Shown here piece by piece: positions 38,241 through 51,181 of a stretch of DNA of 64,000 bases (position 1 is the stretch's first letter; every line of letters starts with the position of its first letter). The notes below the pieces were generated by a model, which searched no databases, was not told the origin of the DNA, and saw only the letters and a program-made list of their open reading frames with translations. The stretch is from Mobula hypostoma. Taxonomy: Eukaryota. Made by a program: the position numbers and the translations under genes. Where the stretch lies: contig NC_086118.1 in NCBI RefSeq assembly GCF_963921235.1, positions 17,424,001 through 17,488,000 of the forward strand, written 5' to 3'.

Positions 38241-40727
38241 CTCAGGACATATTCAAAACCCGGACTCCAGCAACGACCATGGACACCTTCACAGCGATCG
38301 CGCAACCACCAACTGTGACTCCAGCCTTGAACTCCAGGCCGGGTCTTTATGTGCTGCTGTTGTGACTCCCGTCTCCCCTTCCCCCACCACCACTCCGCAG
38401 CCCCGTCTTCCTCAGATCCCACCGTCAGCTCCTGGGCCCTCAGAGGCTCCATCTTCCTCTCACCCCAACCCTCCCCTCTCCATTGACACCCCCAGCCTCC
38501 CCCCTCCCCCCTCTGATCCCAGCTCTCATCCGTGCCGGGTCTTTACCATCCCCTCCGACCTTCATCTGTCGGAGGCAGAACGCTCTGTTCTCAGTAAGGG
38601 CCTCACCTTTGTCCCCCTTCGCCCACACCTCAGCGAGTTCCGTGTTCGCCATGATGCGGAACTTTTCTTCCGCCGTCTCCGTCTCCGAGCCTACTTCTGC
38701 GGCAAGGACTCTTCCACCCCCACCGATGACCCCTTCTCCCATCTTCAACCCTCCTCTTCTTCATGGACACCCTGCTCTGGTCTTCTGCCTGCTCTGGATC
38801 TCTTTATTGCCAACTGCCGACGGGACATCAACCGTCTCGACTTCACCGCACCGTGCCCCATTCCAACCTCACTCCTTCAGAACGCTCTGCTCTCCACTCC
38901 CTCCGCACTAATCCTAACCTTATTATTAAACCCGCTGATAAGGGGGCTGCTGTTGTAGTCTGGCGTACTGACCTCTACCTTGCCGAGGCACAGCGACAAC
39001 TCGCGGATACCTCCTCTTATTTACCCCTCGTTCGTGACCCCACTAAGGAGCACCAGGCCATTGTCTCCCACACTATTACCGACTTTATCCGCTCAGGGGA
39101 TCTCCCATCCACTGCTACCAACCTTATAGTTCCCACACCCCGCACTTCCCGTTTCTACCTCCTACCCAAGATCCACAAACCTGCCTGTCCTGGCCGACCT
39201 ATTGTCTCAGCTTGCTCCTGCCCCACCGAACTCGTTTCTGCATACCTCGACACTGTTTTATCACCCCTTGTTCAATCCCTTCCGACCTATGTTCGTGACA
39301 CTTCTCACGCTCTTAATCTTTTCGATGATTTTAAGTTCCCTGGCCCCCACCGCTTTATTTTCACCATGGATGTCCAGTCCTTATATACTTCCATCCCCCA
39401 TCAGGAAGGTCTCAAAGCTCTACGCTTCTTTTTGGATTCCAGACCTAATCAGTTCCCCTCTACCACCACTCTGCTCCGTCTAGTAGAATTAGTCCTTACT
39501 CTTAATAATTTCTCCTTTTGCTCCTCCCATTTCCTCCAAACTAAAGGTGTAGCTATGGGCACCCGTATGGGTCCTAGCTACGCCTGCCTTTTTGTTGGGT
39601 TTGTGGAACACTCTATGTTCCGTGCCTATTCTGGTATCTGTCCCCCACTTTTCCTTCGCTACATCGACGACTGCATTGGCGCTGCTTCCTGCACGCATGC
39701 AGAACTCGTTGACTTTATTAACTTTGCCTCCAACTTTCACCCTGCCCTCAAGTTTACCTGGTCCATTTCCGACACCTCCCTCCCCTTTCTAGATCTTTCT
39801 GTCTCTGTCTCTGGAGACAGCTTATCCACTGATGTCTACTATAAGCCTACTGACTCTCACAGCTATCTGGACTATTCCTCTTCTCACCCTGTCTCTTGCA
39901 AAAACGCCATCCCTTTCTCGCAATTCCTCCGTCTCCGCCGCATCTGCTGTCAGGATGAGGCTTTTCATTCTAGGATGAGGGAGATGTCTTCATTTTTTAA
40001 AGAAAGGGGCTTCCCTTCCTCCACTATCAACTCTGCTCTTAAACGCATCTCCCCCATTTCACGTACATCTGCTCTCACTCCATCCTCCCACCACCCCACT
40101 AGGAATAGGGTTCCCCTGGTCCTCACCTACCACCCCACCAGCCTCCGGGTCCAACATATTATTCTCCGTAACTTCCGCCACCTCCAACGGGATCCCACCA
40201 CTAAGCACATCTTTCCCTCCCCCCCTCTATCTGCAATCCGCAGGGATCGCTCCCTACACAACTCCCTTGTCCATTCGTCCCCCCCATCCCTCCCCACTGA
40301 TCTCCCTCCTGGCACTTATCCGTGTAAGCGGAACAAGTGCTACACATGCCCTTACACTTCCTCCCTTACCACCATTCAGGGCCCCAAACAGTCCTTCCAG
40401 GTGAGGCATCACTTCACCTGTGAGTCGACTGGGGTGATATACTGCGTCCGGTGCTCCCGATGTGGCCTTTTATATATTGGTGAGACCCGACGCAGACTGG
40501 GAGACCAGTTTGCTGAACATCTACGCTCTGTCCGCCAGAGAAAGCAGGATCTCCCAGTGGCCACACATTTTAATTCCACATCCCATTCCCATTCTGACAT
40601 GTCTATCCATGGCCTCCTCTACTGTAAAGATGAAGCCACACTCAGGTTGGAGGAACAACACCTTATATTCCGTCTGGGTAGCCTCCAACCTGATGGCATG
40701 AACATTGACTTCTCTAACTTCCGCTAA
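38212..40727 (+). pseudogene. Penelope-like RT + GIY-YIG ORF with one frameshift (~38855)
   Basis: Same protein as the minus copy, extending ~90 codons further N-terminally. A 1-bp loss (ccgtgccccatt vs ccttgtccccatt) splits it into ORFs 38362-38958 and 38763-40727. Confidence 0.9.
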
Positions 40728-41020
40728 GGCCCCACCTCCCCCTCGTACCCCATCTGTTACTCATTTTTATGCACACATTCATTCTCTCACTCTCCTTTTT
40801 CTCCCTCTGTCCCTCTGAATATACCTCTTGCCCATCCTCTGGGTCACCCCCCCCCGTCTTTCTTCCCGGACCTCCTGTCCCATGATCCTCTCGTATCCCC
40901 TTTTGCCTATCACCTGTCCAGCTCTCGGCTCTATCCCTCCCCCTCCTGTCTTCTCCTATCATTTTGCATCTCCCCCTCCCCCTCCAGTTTTCAAATCCCT
41001 TACTCACTCTTCCTTCAGTT

Positions 41021-41056
41021 AGTCCTGACGAAGGGTCTCGGCCTGAAACGTCGACT
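41021..41056 (+). ncRNA. Minimal type I hammerhead ribozyme motif (intact core)
   Basis: Stem I agtc/gact, core CTGACGA, stem II agg/cct, GAAA, loopless palindromic stem III ACGT, and a GTC cleavage triplet ending at 41052. Confidence 0.85.
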
Positions 41057-42498
41057 GCGCCTCTTCCTATAGATGCTGCTTGGCCTGCTGCGTTCACCAG
41101 CAACTTTGATGTATGTTGCATGTATACAGTCTTAGTGTTTGGGCAATATCCTTCCTCATTTCCCCTCTCTATTGCTTGTACATTGTGACGGAGATGCAAC
41201 ATTAAAATTTTTACTCCCTTGGATGAAAGAAATAAATAATTTTTTTTAAAATCTGATAATGATGAGAGTGACCCAGTACTGCATAGCCTTGGGATCTACA
41301 ATGTGAAAACTAACAACAGCTAAGCAACTTGGCTTACACCAGAAGTGAACAACAAATTAATCAAATTGGAATTGGACACTGACTTGACTGTTTCAGTCAT
41401 TACAAAAACTGAGTTTGAATGGCATTTCAAAGATACCACACTGAAGCCTACGGATGTCCAGCTGAGAACTTATACTGGAGAAAAGATAACTCCTGTGGGA
41501 ATTCATAACAGTGAAATACAGCAACCAACAAGCCACTTTGGGCTTGTATGTGGTAAAGACAGGAGAGCAAGCTTTGAGGGGTCATTATTGGCTGAGACAA
41601 CTACAACTTGTTTGGAGATTATTCCACCATTTACATATCACATCCCCTTAACAAAGTTAACTGAAAGTGAATGAAGAAAGGTACTGGATGATGCCACAGC
41701 AGTGTTCAAGGATGGTATTGGAAAACTCAAATATATCAAGGGTAAAATAGCATTAAATGAAAGAGCCACACCTAAGTTTTACAATGCCTGTCTGGTTCCT
41801 TGCAACATCAGTGATAATGTAGCCAGTGATATGGATTGCATGGAGGCTGAAAGAATTCGGTTCCAATGTTGAGTGGAGCCCATGGAAAATATCAGTGATT
41901 CCAGGAGTCAAAAAGAATGGATCCGTCAGGATCTGTGGTGATTTAAAGGTCACCATCAACCCAATACTGAGAGTAGATCAATATCCTCTGCCCTGAATAG
42001 ATGATATCTTTGCAAACCTTCTGGAGGGAAGCACTTCAGCAAAGTTGGCTTAACTGAAGCCTACATATAGGTGAAGATGTAAGAAGAGTTCATAGTGTTT
42101 CTCTCCATAAGTACTCACAAAGGGCTTTGGTGTTATAATAGGCTTACCTTTGGAGTAGCATCTACACCTTCACTCTGGCAGAAAGGTTTGGACCATTTGC
42201 TGCAATATTGTTCCAGACACTTAGTGTTACCTGGATGGCAACATTCTTACTGGCAACAATGACAAGGAAAACCTCTGAAGTCTCAAGGCATTGTTAAAAA
42301 GATTAGAAGATTATGGGCACAGAGCATAATGCAACAAGTATGAACTCTTTAAACCAAGCATCATTTACTGTGGTCACACCATTGACGCACAAGTATTACA
42401 CAAGTATGCTGAGATAATTCAATCAATAGTGGAGTTCCCAGGCCAAAGACATGTCACAGCTGCAATTCATTTTAGTATTTGTTAATCACTAAAACAGG

Positions 42499-43345
42499 TG
42501 TGACGAGAATACACATAGATAAGATGTTAGCTGTCCTGTGTGATCAGCAGTTGGTCTGCCACCTGTCTTCAAGAGAGAGATAAGGAACACAATGAAACAG
42601 CATCTGGAGATGTGTAATGAAGGGACGGGAGAGAGAGAGCTGTCTGGAGCGGCTCCCCCTTTGAACCCTGAACTGTTTGAAGTGATGGACAGGCGATACC
42701 CCAGCAGGGGGATAAAAAGGGACCGGTTCGCTAAGGCAGGGACACACGACACCCGAGGTAACGAGACCCTGGAAGCGGTGCGCCTCTCACGAGTCGGTGG
42801 GAAGTATCGGACAACGCACAGGGTGGAAAGGTACGAACAGCGGGAACCCGGTGTGTGTCCGCCCTTGCCTGGGTGCCGGGTTCACTGCAGAGGATCGACC
42901 GCATCTGGAGGAGGGGTCACAGTCGGTGACCTCAGGTGACATCACCAAGGAGCTGCCCAAAAGCTGCTTGTGAGCAATTATCGCCGGTCTGTGAGTGGAA
43001 GTCGTTTCTGAATGATCAGTCGTTCCCGTTCTCTCTCTCTCTCTCCCCCCACGTTGTCCATCACCATGGCAACGATTACTGCGAACTGAACTAAATTGGA
43101 CTGAACTTTTGTGTCACTTTGAAATTTGGTCATTTACCCCTAAACAACGATAGAGCTTGATTGATGCTGTTATCTTAATTCTGTGCACATGTGTGTTTAT
43201 CATTGCTGAACTGTTGCATTTATTATCCTTTCGATTACTGTGTTGCTTGTTTCTTTAATAAAACTTTCTTAGTTCTAGTAATCCAGACTCCAACTGAGTG
43301 ATCCATTTCTGCTGGTTTGGCAACCCAGTTACGGGGTACGTAACA
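42499..43345 (+). mobile_element. Solo LTR (847 bp) nested in Gypsy pol
   Basis: tgtgacg...cgtaaca; exact 4-bp TSD cagg; TATA-like gataaaa and aataaa; CpG-rich, so probably young. Confidence 0.9.
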
Positions 43346-44320
43346 CAGGTTACTGCAAAACCTGGTTACTGTGCTCCACCCCTTGAACTCATTAACACAG
43401 ATCAGGAAGAAATGACAATGGACAAAGCAGTATGAGGTGGCTTTCAAAAAGGTAAAGAAAATGCTGACATCAGACACTATACGCACATGTTAAGATCCAA
43501 ATCATCCAGTGAAGCATGAGTGTCAAATCTTGCCTTATGGTATAGGTGTAATCATGTCACATGTATGAGTGATGGAAATGAATACCGCACACCCTTTACA
43601 TCACATTCCCTCACTGTTGCAGGGAAAAATTACACTCAGTTTGACCAGGTGGCTTTGAATCTGGCTTAGGATGTAAAATAGTTGAACCAATACTTGTATT
43701 GGAGAGAGTTTACCTTCAAGCACTAATGTCGCTTTTCATTTTACGGAAAGGTGTTTCACTAACAGCAGCAGCAAGAATGTAGAGATGGGCACTGTTACTT
43801 GGAGGACACAATTACAAGATCAAATTCAAGAGGACAACGAATCATGGAAATGCTGATGATTTGTCCTGTTTGCACTTGGAAAAGGAAATACCTAGAAAGT
43901 TTATAAAAGACGATACTCCTCATAACACAAATGTAAAGTGTCTCTATTAAGGCAGAAATGATCCAAAGGGAAACGATAAAAGACTATCTCAGGTCTACAT
44001 AGCAACTCAAAATGGCTAGAATGTGCAAGAGAAACTCCAGTTTCCCAGATTTTACCAGTGCCAGGATGAACTTGTCCTTGAGGGAGGTTGCCTTATGTGG
44101 GAAAATCCAAGCTGAGAGCTAAAGTTTTGGAGGAGCTATGTACATGCTGGTCATCTGGGTGGCTCAAAGCTTTCTCTGGTGGCCTGGGATAGATCAACAG
44201 ATCGAGCAGCTTGCCGTGCACTGTGCAGGATGCCAATATGTCCAGAAGATGCCATGAGCAGTGCCTCTCCATCCCTTGGAATAGACTGCACTATCCTGGC
44301 AGAGGATTCCTGTTTATTTT

Positions 44321-44532
44321 AAACATAAGAACATAAGAAATATGAGCAGAAGTAGGCCATCTGGCCCATCGAGTCTGCCCCACCATTCAGTAAGATCATG
44401 GCTGATCTGTCCGTAAACTCAGCTCCATCTACCTGCCTTTTCCCCATAACTCTTAATTCCCCTACTATGTAAAAATCTATCTAACTGTATCCTAAATATA
44501 TTTAGTGAAGAAGCCTCAACTGCTTCCCTGGG
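44321..44532 (-). mobile_element. Short CR1 3' end
   Basis: Near-identical to 13850-14060; (aacataag)n tail. Confidence 0.9.
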
Positions 44533-45100
44533 CTATTTTGCCAGACTATTCATGGGCACAAATTTCTTGGTATGGTGAATGCAGCTATAAAGTAGCCAGA
44601 AGTTTTCTCAATAGCTTCCACTACAGCCTCACACATTGTTGATGTGTTGAGAAACCTCTTCTCCAGATTTGGTGTTCCAGAACACTTAGTCAGTGACAAC
44701 AGACCACAGTTTGTTGTGGAACAGTTTCAGTCATTCCTGAAAATGAATGAATTAAGACATATTATATCCGCACTGTACCACTCAGCTACAAATGGCTTGG
44801 TAGAATGGACCACTCAGAGTCCAAAGAACACTCTTCAAGCAATGTCAGCAGAACACACTACACTGACACTGAATCAGAAGCTTGTCAATTTCCTCCTTGC
44901 ATATCACAATGCCGAACCCTCCACAATCAACAACTCAGCAGCTACAGTATGCTGCTCCTGGGTCGTCCTTGTGCACATGCTTGGAACTCCTCAAACCCAA
45001 TCTCATTCCTGGTGGGGGGACACAGAGGTAATCATAAGTGGGTACGCGGAAAGATTAAAGACAGAAATGGACCACTATCCTACGTAGTAGAGATTGTGTC

Positions 45101-45474
45101 TGTCATGGTCCCAATCGTTAATTCCCTATCTTTCTCCTAATTTCCTTTGATTGTGCCACGGTTCTAACCGCTAATTTCCCATTTGCTTCTAATTCACTTT
45201 GATGATGGCACACCTGGTTTCCATCAAGAGCTGCAGCTTAAGAACCCCGGCATTACAACCACTAGTCGCCAGATCGTTGGTTTTGCCTGTGTGGTAATTA
45301 AGGTTTCCCGGCTGCTTAGGACCGTGTGTTCTAAGTTTTGTTCCAGTTTCAAGGTCACTCCGTGTCAAAATCCCTCCTGTTTGCTGTTCAACATTCATGT
45401 CCGTGTGAGCATCCTAACTCAATCTCCGTGCCTGTGTCCTGCACTTGGGTTTGTTTCATTCGCTCATTGCAACA
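45101..45474 (+). mobile_element. Solo LTR (family A, short repeat-free form, 374 bp)
   Basis: tgtca...gcaaca; exact 5-bp TSD gtgtc; gtgtcctgcacttgggt motif. Confidence 0.88.
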
Positions 45475-47141
45475 GTGTCTGATATCATCTGGAGACAACT
45501 CATCAATCATTTGAGGACAGCAGAGTCAATTGTTAGAAAAGAAGGGTTTCCAGTGCTGATGGAACGACTTCCTGCATTCCCAGAGTCAACTCTATAGCCA
45601 CCAAGGTGGAGGTCCCAGACTCTGAGGTTGTTTCACAAGCCCCAGAACCTATATACATATACACTACATAAGTTGAGTAGCATTCTATATTGAATTGGAG
45701 TTTATAGCTAAGCAGGGAGGAGAGTGTTGTTTACTTAATATTTGAGCAATATTGTAAACGTATTATTTGATTGAGCATTCTTCTTGATATATATAATTGA
45801 TATGATATTATATGTAAAGGTATGTGAATGGCATATGTTATCATGCCACCACATCATATGTGCACATCTCATGTAAAAGTAAAAAAATGAAATTAAGACA
45901 TGCATTCCCTGCTTTTCATTTCCTTTCAATGAATTTGATCTTGTGCAGTTACAAAACATAGCACTGTGCATCATTCAAAGAGATTCAGTGGTCAATCTAG
46001 ACTTTGTGGAATTTCTCCCCATTGTTCGCAAGAGAAGTTGACTTTCAGAGAAGTCTCAGCATATGAAATCCGTTTTGAAATAATAATCTTCCTCCTATTG
46101 TTTTTGTTGTTCATGCTCTCGATTCAGGTGACCCTTCCATTTTGGGTTCGACAAGACTTAGCCATATTTTTGTGTTTTTTTTCATTTTCTTTTCAGCAGA
46201 GTAAATACTGTTTTGGAGTATGGCATTCTTCCTCAGATTAGGAGAAAAGCAGCACATAGATATTCTGTGATGATATTTTTTCAATGTCTTCTTCATGGTA
46301 TGAACTGGCTTTTCCACATCATCCTTGAAGATGGATGATAGGGATAACTAAAGCAATATTTCATTTCCTCCTTTTCATGAATCGATCAAACTGAAACTCT
46401 CTACACTTGGTTGGTGGAGCAATATCAGAAATGACTTCTTAAGAAGTCCATATAAGGCAAGAAATAGGCTCCTCTATCATGCTTACTGTGGTAATCGCAT
46501 GTCCTTGATTTCTAGAATCTTTGAATCACTGTCAATAAAACTAAGAAATTATCCAATTTTTTATCACAATAATCAGTATGGACAGAGTGGAATAGACTTG
46601 AGGGTTATTAAAACAAGTGGCTTTAGAAGATTTTGATCTGCAGTCCTGATATACTTATTTGCAGACCAATTGTTATATTCTCCAATCATTGCCTTCACGT
46701 AACCACAGGTACTTTACATGGAGTTCTTCTGTCATCTTTCTTTGCAATTCTTTTGATGTCACTGCCCAATGTGGTACTTTCTACAGTACAGCTCTAGCTG
46801 GTGGTATATTCATAGGGTCTGCAGTAAAATTGCTACATATGTTCATTCACACAACAAGCAACAAAACAACAACAGCAAAACAAGCTCCTTTCCTTCTTCC
46901 CAACCACCCACCCGCTCACCCAAATATACGGTCTTCCCACCCCAGCACAGGCCTCCAAGCATCCAGCAGTCTCGTGGAAAACAGCCCTCCAACTTCCCAG
47001 CAGACTTCAGACTCATGGACCCAGCACTGCAGCCATCAGGCTTTGATTTCTGGACGTCCAAACATCCTTCCAGCTCTGATCGTTGATATCGGCATTAAAC
47101 CTAACCCCTAACTTCCTTCTCTGTCGCCAAAACCATTCCTT

Positions 47142-47612
47142 TCTTTTAAAATATTTTTATTATTATAATATTATTCAAAAATAACACGAGTACATCAAAG
47201 TAACAACACTTACAATGTCTCAAGGAAAAAGAAAATATTATTTTAATGATTGAAAAATTTTGGTGATAATAAAAAAAAACCCTACTAAGCAGAGAATGTG
47301 AGAAAAAAAAACCCATTAGGTGTACAACTCTGGAGTCATGTGTCATACAAAAGCTCCTAAAGATAAACATCAAACTGCCAGCAAGAAAAAAAATACCAAA
47401 AATTTACAATTAGATCGTGGAGGAAATCTATCAATTAACTCAAATGATAATAACAAGCAAATGAACCCCATCTTTTCTCAAAATCAAATAAAGGTTCAAA
47501 GGTTCGACGTCTAATTTTCTCCAAACTAAGACATAACATCACTTGAGAGAACCATTGTGACAAAGTGGGAGCTGATGCATCCTTCCACTTCAACAAAATG
47601 GCCCAAAGCCAT
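47142..47612 (-). mobile_element. L1-clade LINE 3' end
   Basis: AILLKWKDASAPTLSQWFSQVMLCLSLEKIR...FEKRWGSF is a typical fish L1 ORF2 C-terminus, followed by a T-rich 3' UTR and an A-rich end. Confidence 0.75.
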
Positions 47613-47764
47613 TCCTGCAAACGTAAAAAGCAGCTAAATCTGAGACACAGCCTCAATGCAGATCACAGCTTGAAGCCATCATGGCCGACAGTAATCTGCA
47701 CTCTTACCGTATCCAACAGAGTGGGAGAGACGGCATTACAAGTTAGGGAAAAAGTCACGGCAGT

Positions 47765-49030
47765 GCCACAGTAATGGGGCTATATTTTAGACCACCCGAG
47801 AGTTTGTCGGATTTAGAGGAACAAATCTGTAGGAAGATCGCAAACTGTTGCAAGAAACATAAGATTGTGATAGCAGATGATTTTAACTTTCCACATGTTG
47901 GCTTCCATACTATAAAAGGACTAGATGGGTTAGAGTTTGTCAAATGTGTTAAGGAAAGTTTCCTTAATCAGTACATAGAGAGTGTGCAATAATTGATTTC
48001 CTATTACGGAATAAGACAGGGCAGATGACAGAAGTTTGTGCAGGGGAAGGCTTTGCATCCAGTTTTCATACTGCCATTAGTTTCAAGGTAAATATGGAAA
48101 AAGATAGGTCTGGTCGATGGGTTCAGATTCTAAATGCGAGAAAAGAGAAAAGCCAATTTTGATGGCATCAGAAAGTATCTGCTAAGTGTGAATTGGGACA
48201 GGCTGTTTTCTGGCAAAGGTGTGCTTGTTAAGTAGGAGGCCTTCAAAAGTGAAACTTTAAGAGTACAAAGCTTATATGTGCTGGTCAGAATAAAAGCCAG
48301 AGATGACAGATTTAGAGAACCTGGTTTTCAAGAGATATTGAAGCCCTGGTTAAGTGAAAAAAGGAGGTGCATTGCAGGTATAGACAGTTAGGAACAAATT
48401 AGATACTTGAAGAGTTTAAGGAATGCAAGAGAACACTTAAGAAAGAAATCAGGAGGGCTAAAAGAAAGCATTAGTTCTCCCTAGCAGACAAGGTGAAGGA
48501 GAATACTAAAGGCTTTTACAGATACGGTAAGAGCAAAATCTATGTGTGGAGTCTAAAGAGATAGGGGAGATCTTAAATGGATTTTTTTGCATCTGTATTT
48601 ACTCAGGAGATGGACACGAGTCTATTGAAGTGAGTCAAGGCAGCAGCGAGGTCATGGATCCTATTCAGATTACAGAAGAGGAGGTGTTTGCTATCTTGTG
48701 GCAAATTAGGACCTGACAAATTGTTCCCTCGGACCCTGTGGGAGGTAAGTGATAAAATTGTAGCAGCCCTGGCAGAGATATTTATATCATCCTTACTGAC
48801 AGATGAGTTACTGGAGCATTGGAGGATAGCCAATGTTGTTCCTCTGTTTAAAAAAAGCTCCAAAAATAAACTAGAAAAATATAAGTTGGTGAGCCTGATA
48901 TCAGTAATGGTAAATTATTGGAAGGTATTCTAAGCGACTGAATATATTAGACATGGACTGATTAGGAATAGTCAGCATGTCGTTGTGCATGGTTGGGGGT
49001 CATGCCCATCCAATCTTATAGAGTTACCAG
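47765..49030 (+). mobile_element. CR1 ORF2 fragment (EN to RT start)
   Basis: GLYFRPP...IADDFNFPH; GPDKLFPRTL..WRIANVVPLFKK. Confidence 0.85.
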
Positions 49031-49044
49031 GATTTTTTGAATTT

Positions 49045-50660
49045 TTTCGATACTGCTGATGAATTCCACAGTGAAGACTGATGCAAAATACTTACTAAGT
49101 TTGTCCATAGTTTCTTTGTTCCCATTACTTCCTTTCCAGTGGTCTGATATCCACTTTGGTATCCTCTTGTATATTATTGGCCAGTTTACCTTCATACTTC
49201 ATCTTTTATCTCCCTATTGTATTTTAGTTGCCTTCTGTTGGTTTTTAAAAGCTTCCCAATCCCGTAACTTCCCATTAAATTTTGTTATTATGTACGTCCT
49301 CTCTTTTTTGCTTTTTCGCTGGCTTTGGCTTCCCTTATCAGCAACGGGTGCCTCATCATTCCTTTAGAATACTTCTTCTTTGGGATGTATCTATCCCATG
49401 CCTTCTGAATTACTCCCAGAAACTCCAGACATTGCTGTCGTGCCATCGTCCCTGATTGTGTCCCCTTCCAATCAACTTTGGCCAGCTCCTCTTTCAGAAT
49501 CGGAACCTGTTAACTTTGCAGCAGAAGTATTATTATTATTATGATTATGAGGACACACAGTCCCCTTTTATTGTCATTTAGTAATGCATGCATTAAGAAA
49601 TGATAAAAATGTTTTTCCAGAGTGATATCACGAAAACACATGACATACCGACTTAAAAACTAACAAAAACCACATAATTATAACATATAGTTACAACAGT
49701 GCAAAGCAAGACTGTAATTTGATAAGAACAGACCATGGCACAGTAGAAGTCTCAGAGTCTCTCAAAGTCCCACCATCTCAAGCAGACGGTAAACCCCCAG
49801 CGCCGCCAACTTGCCGATGCAGCATCCTGGAAGCATCCGACCACAGTCCGATTCCAAGTCAGTCTGAAAAAATCCGAGCCTCCAACCACCTATTCGATAC
49901 CCAGCACTGAGCACCATCTCTGCTGAGCGTTTCGACCCCAACCCTGGCAACAGGCGATATGCAAAGCCGAGGATTTGGGGCCTATGTCGCTGGAGATTCT
50001 CGATCGCACAGTAGCAGCGGCAGCGAAGCAGGCATTTCAGAAGTTGCTCCAGATGTTCCTCTGTGCTTCACGGCTATCCCCATCAAATCCGGATTGATGC
50101 ACGGCCACCTAGTTACACATATCGATATTCATTCGGAACAGCCGCGTGCGCTGCGTCGTGCCGCCATCTTCCCCTCCCTCCCTAAATTTATCTACATGAT
50201 AAATTTAGAAAAAAACCTGAATTACAGTAAATAATATACTGTATACATATTAAATAGTTATATTAAATAAGTAGTGCAAAAAGAGAAATAAAAGGTAGTG
50301 AGGTAGTGTTCAAGGGTTCAGTATCCATTTAGAACTGGGATGGCAGAGGGGAAGAAGCTGTTCCTGAATTGCTAAGCATGCTCCTTCAGGCTTCTGTACC
50401 TCCTTTCCATAATTCCTTTTATTCCACTGTAATGCTGATACAACTGATTTTAGCTTCTCCTTCTCAAACTGCAGGGTGAATTCTATCATATTATGAACTC
50501 TGTCTCCTAAGGGTTCCTTTACCTTAAGCTCCTTCATCAAATCAAGTTCATTACTGAACATCCACTCCAAAGTTGCATTTTCCCTGATGGGCTCAAACAT
50601 GAGCTGCTCTGAAAAGCCATCTCATAGGCATTCTAAAATTTTCCCAATCTACCTGCATAG
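49045..50660 (-). mobile_element. CR1 EN-region fragment with a nested Rex1 3' end and a non-autonomous element
   Basis: EPIRENATLEWMFSNE..EPLGDRVHNMIEF; Rex1-like 3' end at ~50200-50405. Confidence 0.7.
49528..50182 (-). mobile_element. Non-autonomous retroposon (family B, ~650 bp)
   Basis: Reverse-complement homologue of 61788-62426; 5' aagatggcggc; 3' aataaa plus a (cataat/aat)n tail. Confidence 0.85.
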
Positions 50661-51181
50661 TGAATTATCCTATTAGGTCTAGGTGAAAAGAACTTCCATG
50701 GAGCCCAGGATATAATTTTGCTATAACATTTCCTCGTTGCAAGTTGACATCGGGCCAAGAGTCTCTAATGCTGGACTGGACCATGTTAAAGTTCTTCACA
50801 TTCGTACACTAGCACAGTACTGATGGGACAGTCTCAATAAATCTAGTTGCTCATGAAGGGTTGCAATTGTCCATATCAGCAGAGTTGTATTCAACTGCAA
50901 ACTGTAATCTCAAGGCCTGGTATATCACTCCTTTTGACCATTACTGTCAAGCTAGGAACTAATGCCAGTTCAGTGGCAAGTATAGAAAGAAGTTTTACAA
51001 GTTGCAGTGGGTGGATCTGAACTGAATAGAGCTGCTACACAGAACCATCAGCTTGTTAATGAGCCAATAGACTGGTCCTGGACTTTTTTCCATCTGGCAT
51101 AGTTTGCATTTTGTTGTTTGATTGTTTGTGATTTTTGTATTGCTATATTTATGCTCCATTCTTGGATGGTGCGGCTGTAAC

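Larger units (their letters stand above)
35545..41119. mobile_element. Head-to-head inverted dimer of a Penelope-like element (Neptune-type), single insertion
   Basis: Arms ~35579-38210 (-) and ~38486-41119 (+) are near-identical reverse complements. The 15-bp TSD atgtatacaRtctta lies at 35530-35544 and 41120-41134. Confidence 0.96.
34640..41240 (+). mobile_element. Rex1-type 3' fragment whose 3' UTR is split by the hAT MITE and the Penelope dimer
   Basis: 34680-34915 encodes LFQLLPSGKGYRSI...SFLHQAIR. The 3' UTR resumes at 41135-41240 and resembles the 3' UTR of the Rex1 at 24440-24530. Confidence 0.7.
41250..45958 (+). mobile_element. Decayed Ty3/Gypsy pol with PPT and 3' LTR (45725-~45958)
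   Basis: Protease [26 protein letters not shown] and YNRLTFGV; integrase LFSRFGVPEHLVSDNRPQF...HSATNGLVE; PPT agggaggagag then tgttgt...aaaca. Confidence 0.9.

Noticed and set aside
37739..38452. 237-aa minus ORF and the ATG-like start of the 755-aa ORF
   Set aside because: Both cross the inversion junction and read antisense or off-frame PLE sequence, so they are not natural starts.
35545..41119. Assembly mirror artefact or a TIR DNA transposon
   Set aside because: The arms carry independent mutations and unequal ends, share a TSD, and encode RT/GIY-YIG rather than a transposase.
45960..46800. Coding-looking unique sequence (also 53540-53815)
   Set aside because: All frames are interrupted by stops, with no recognisable motif or convincing splice pair.
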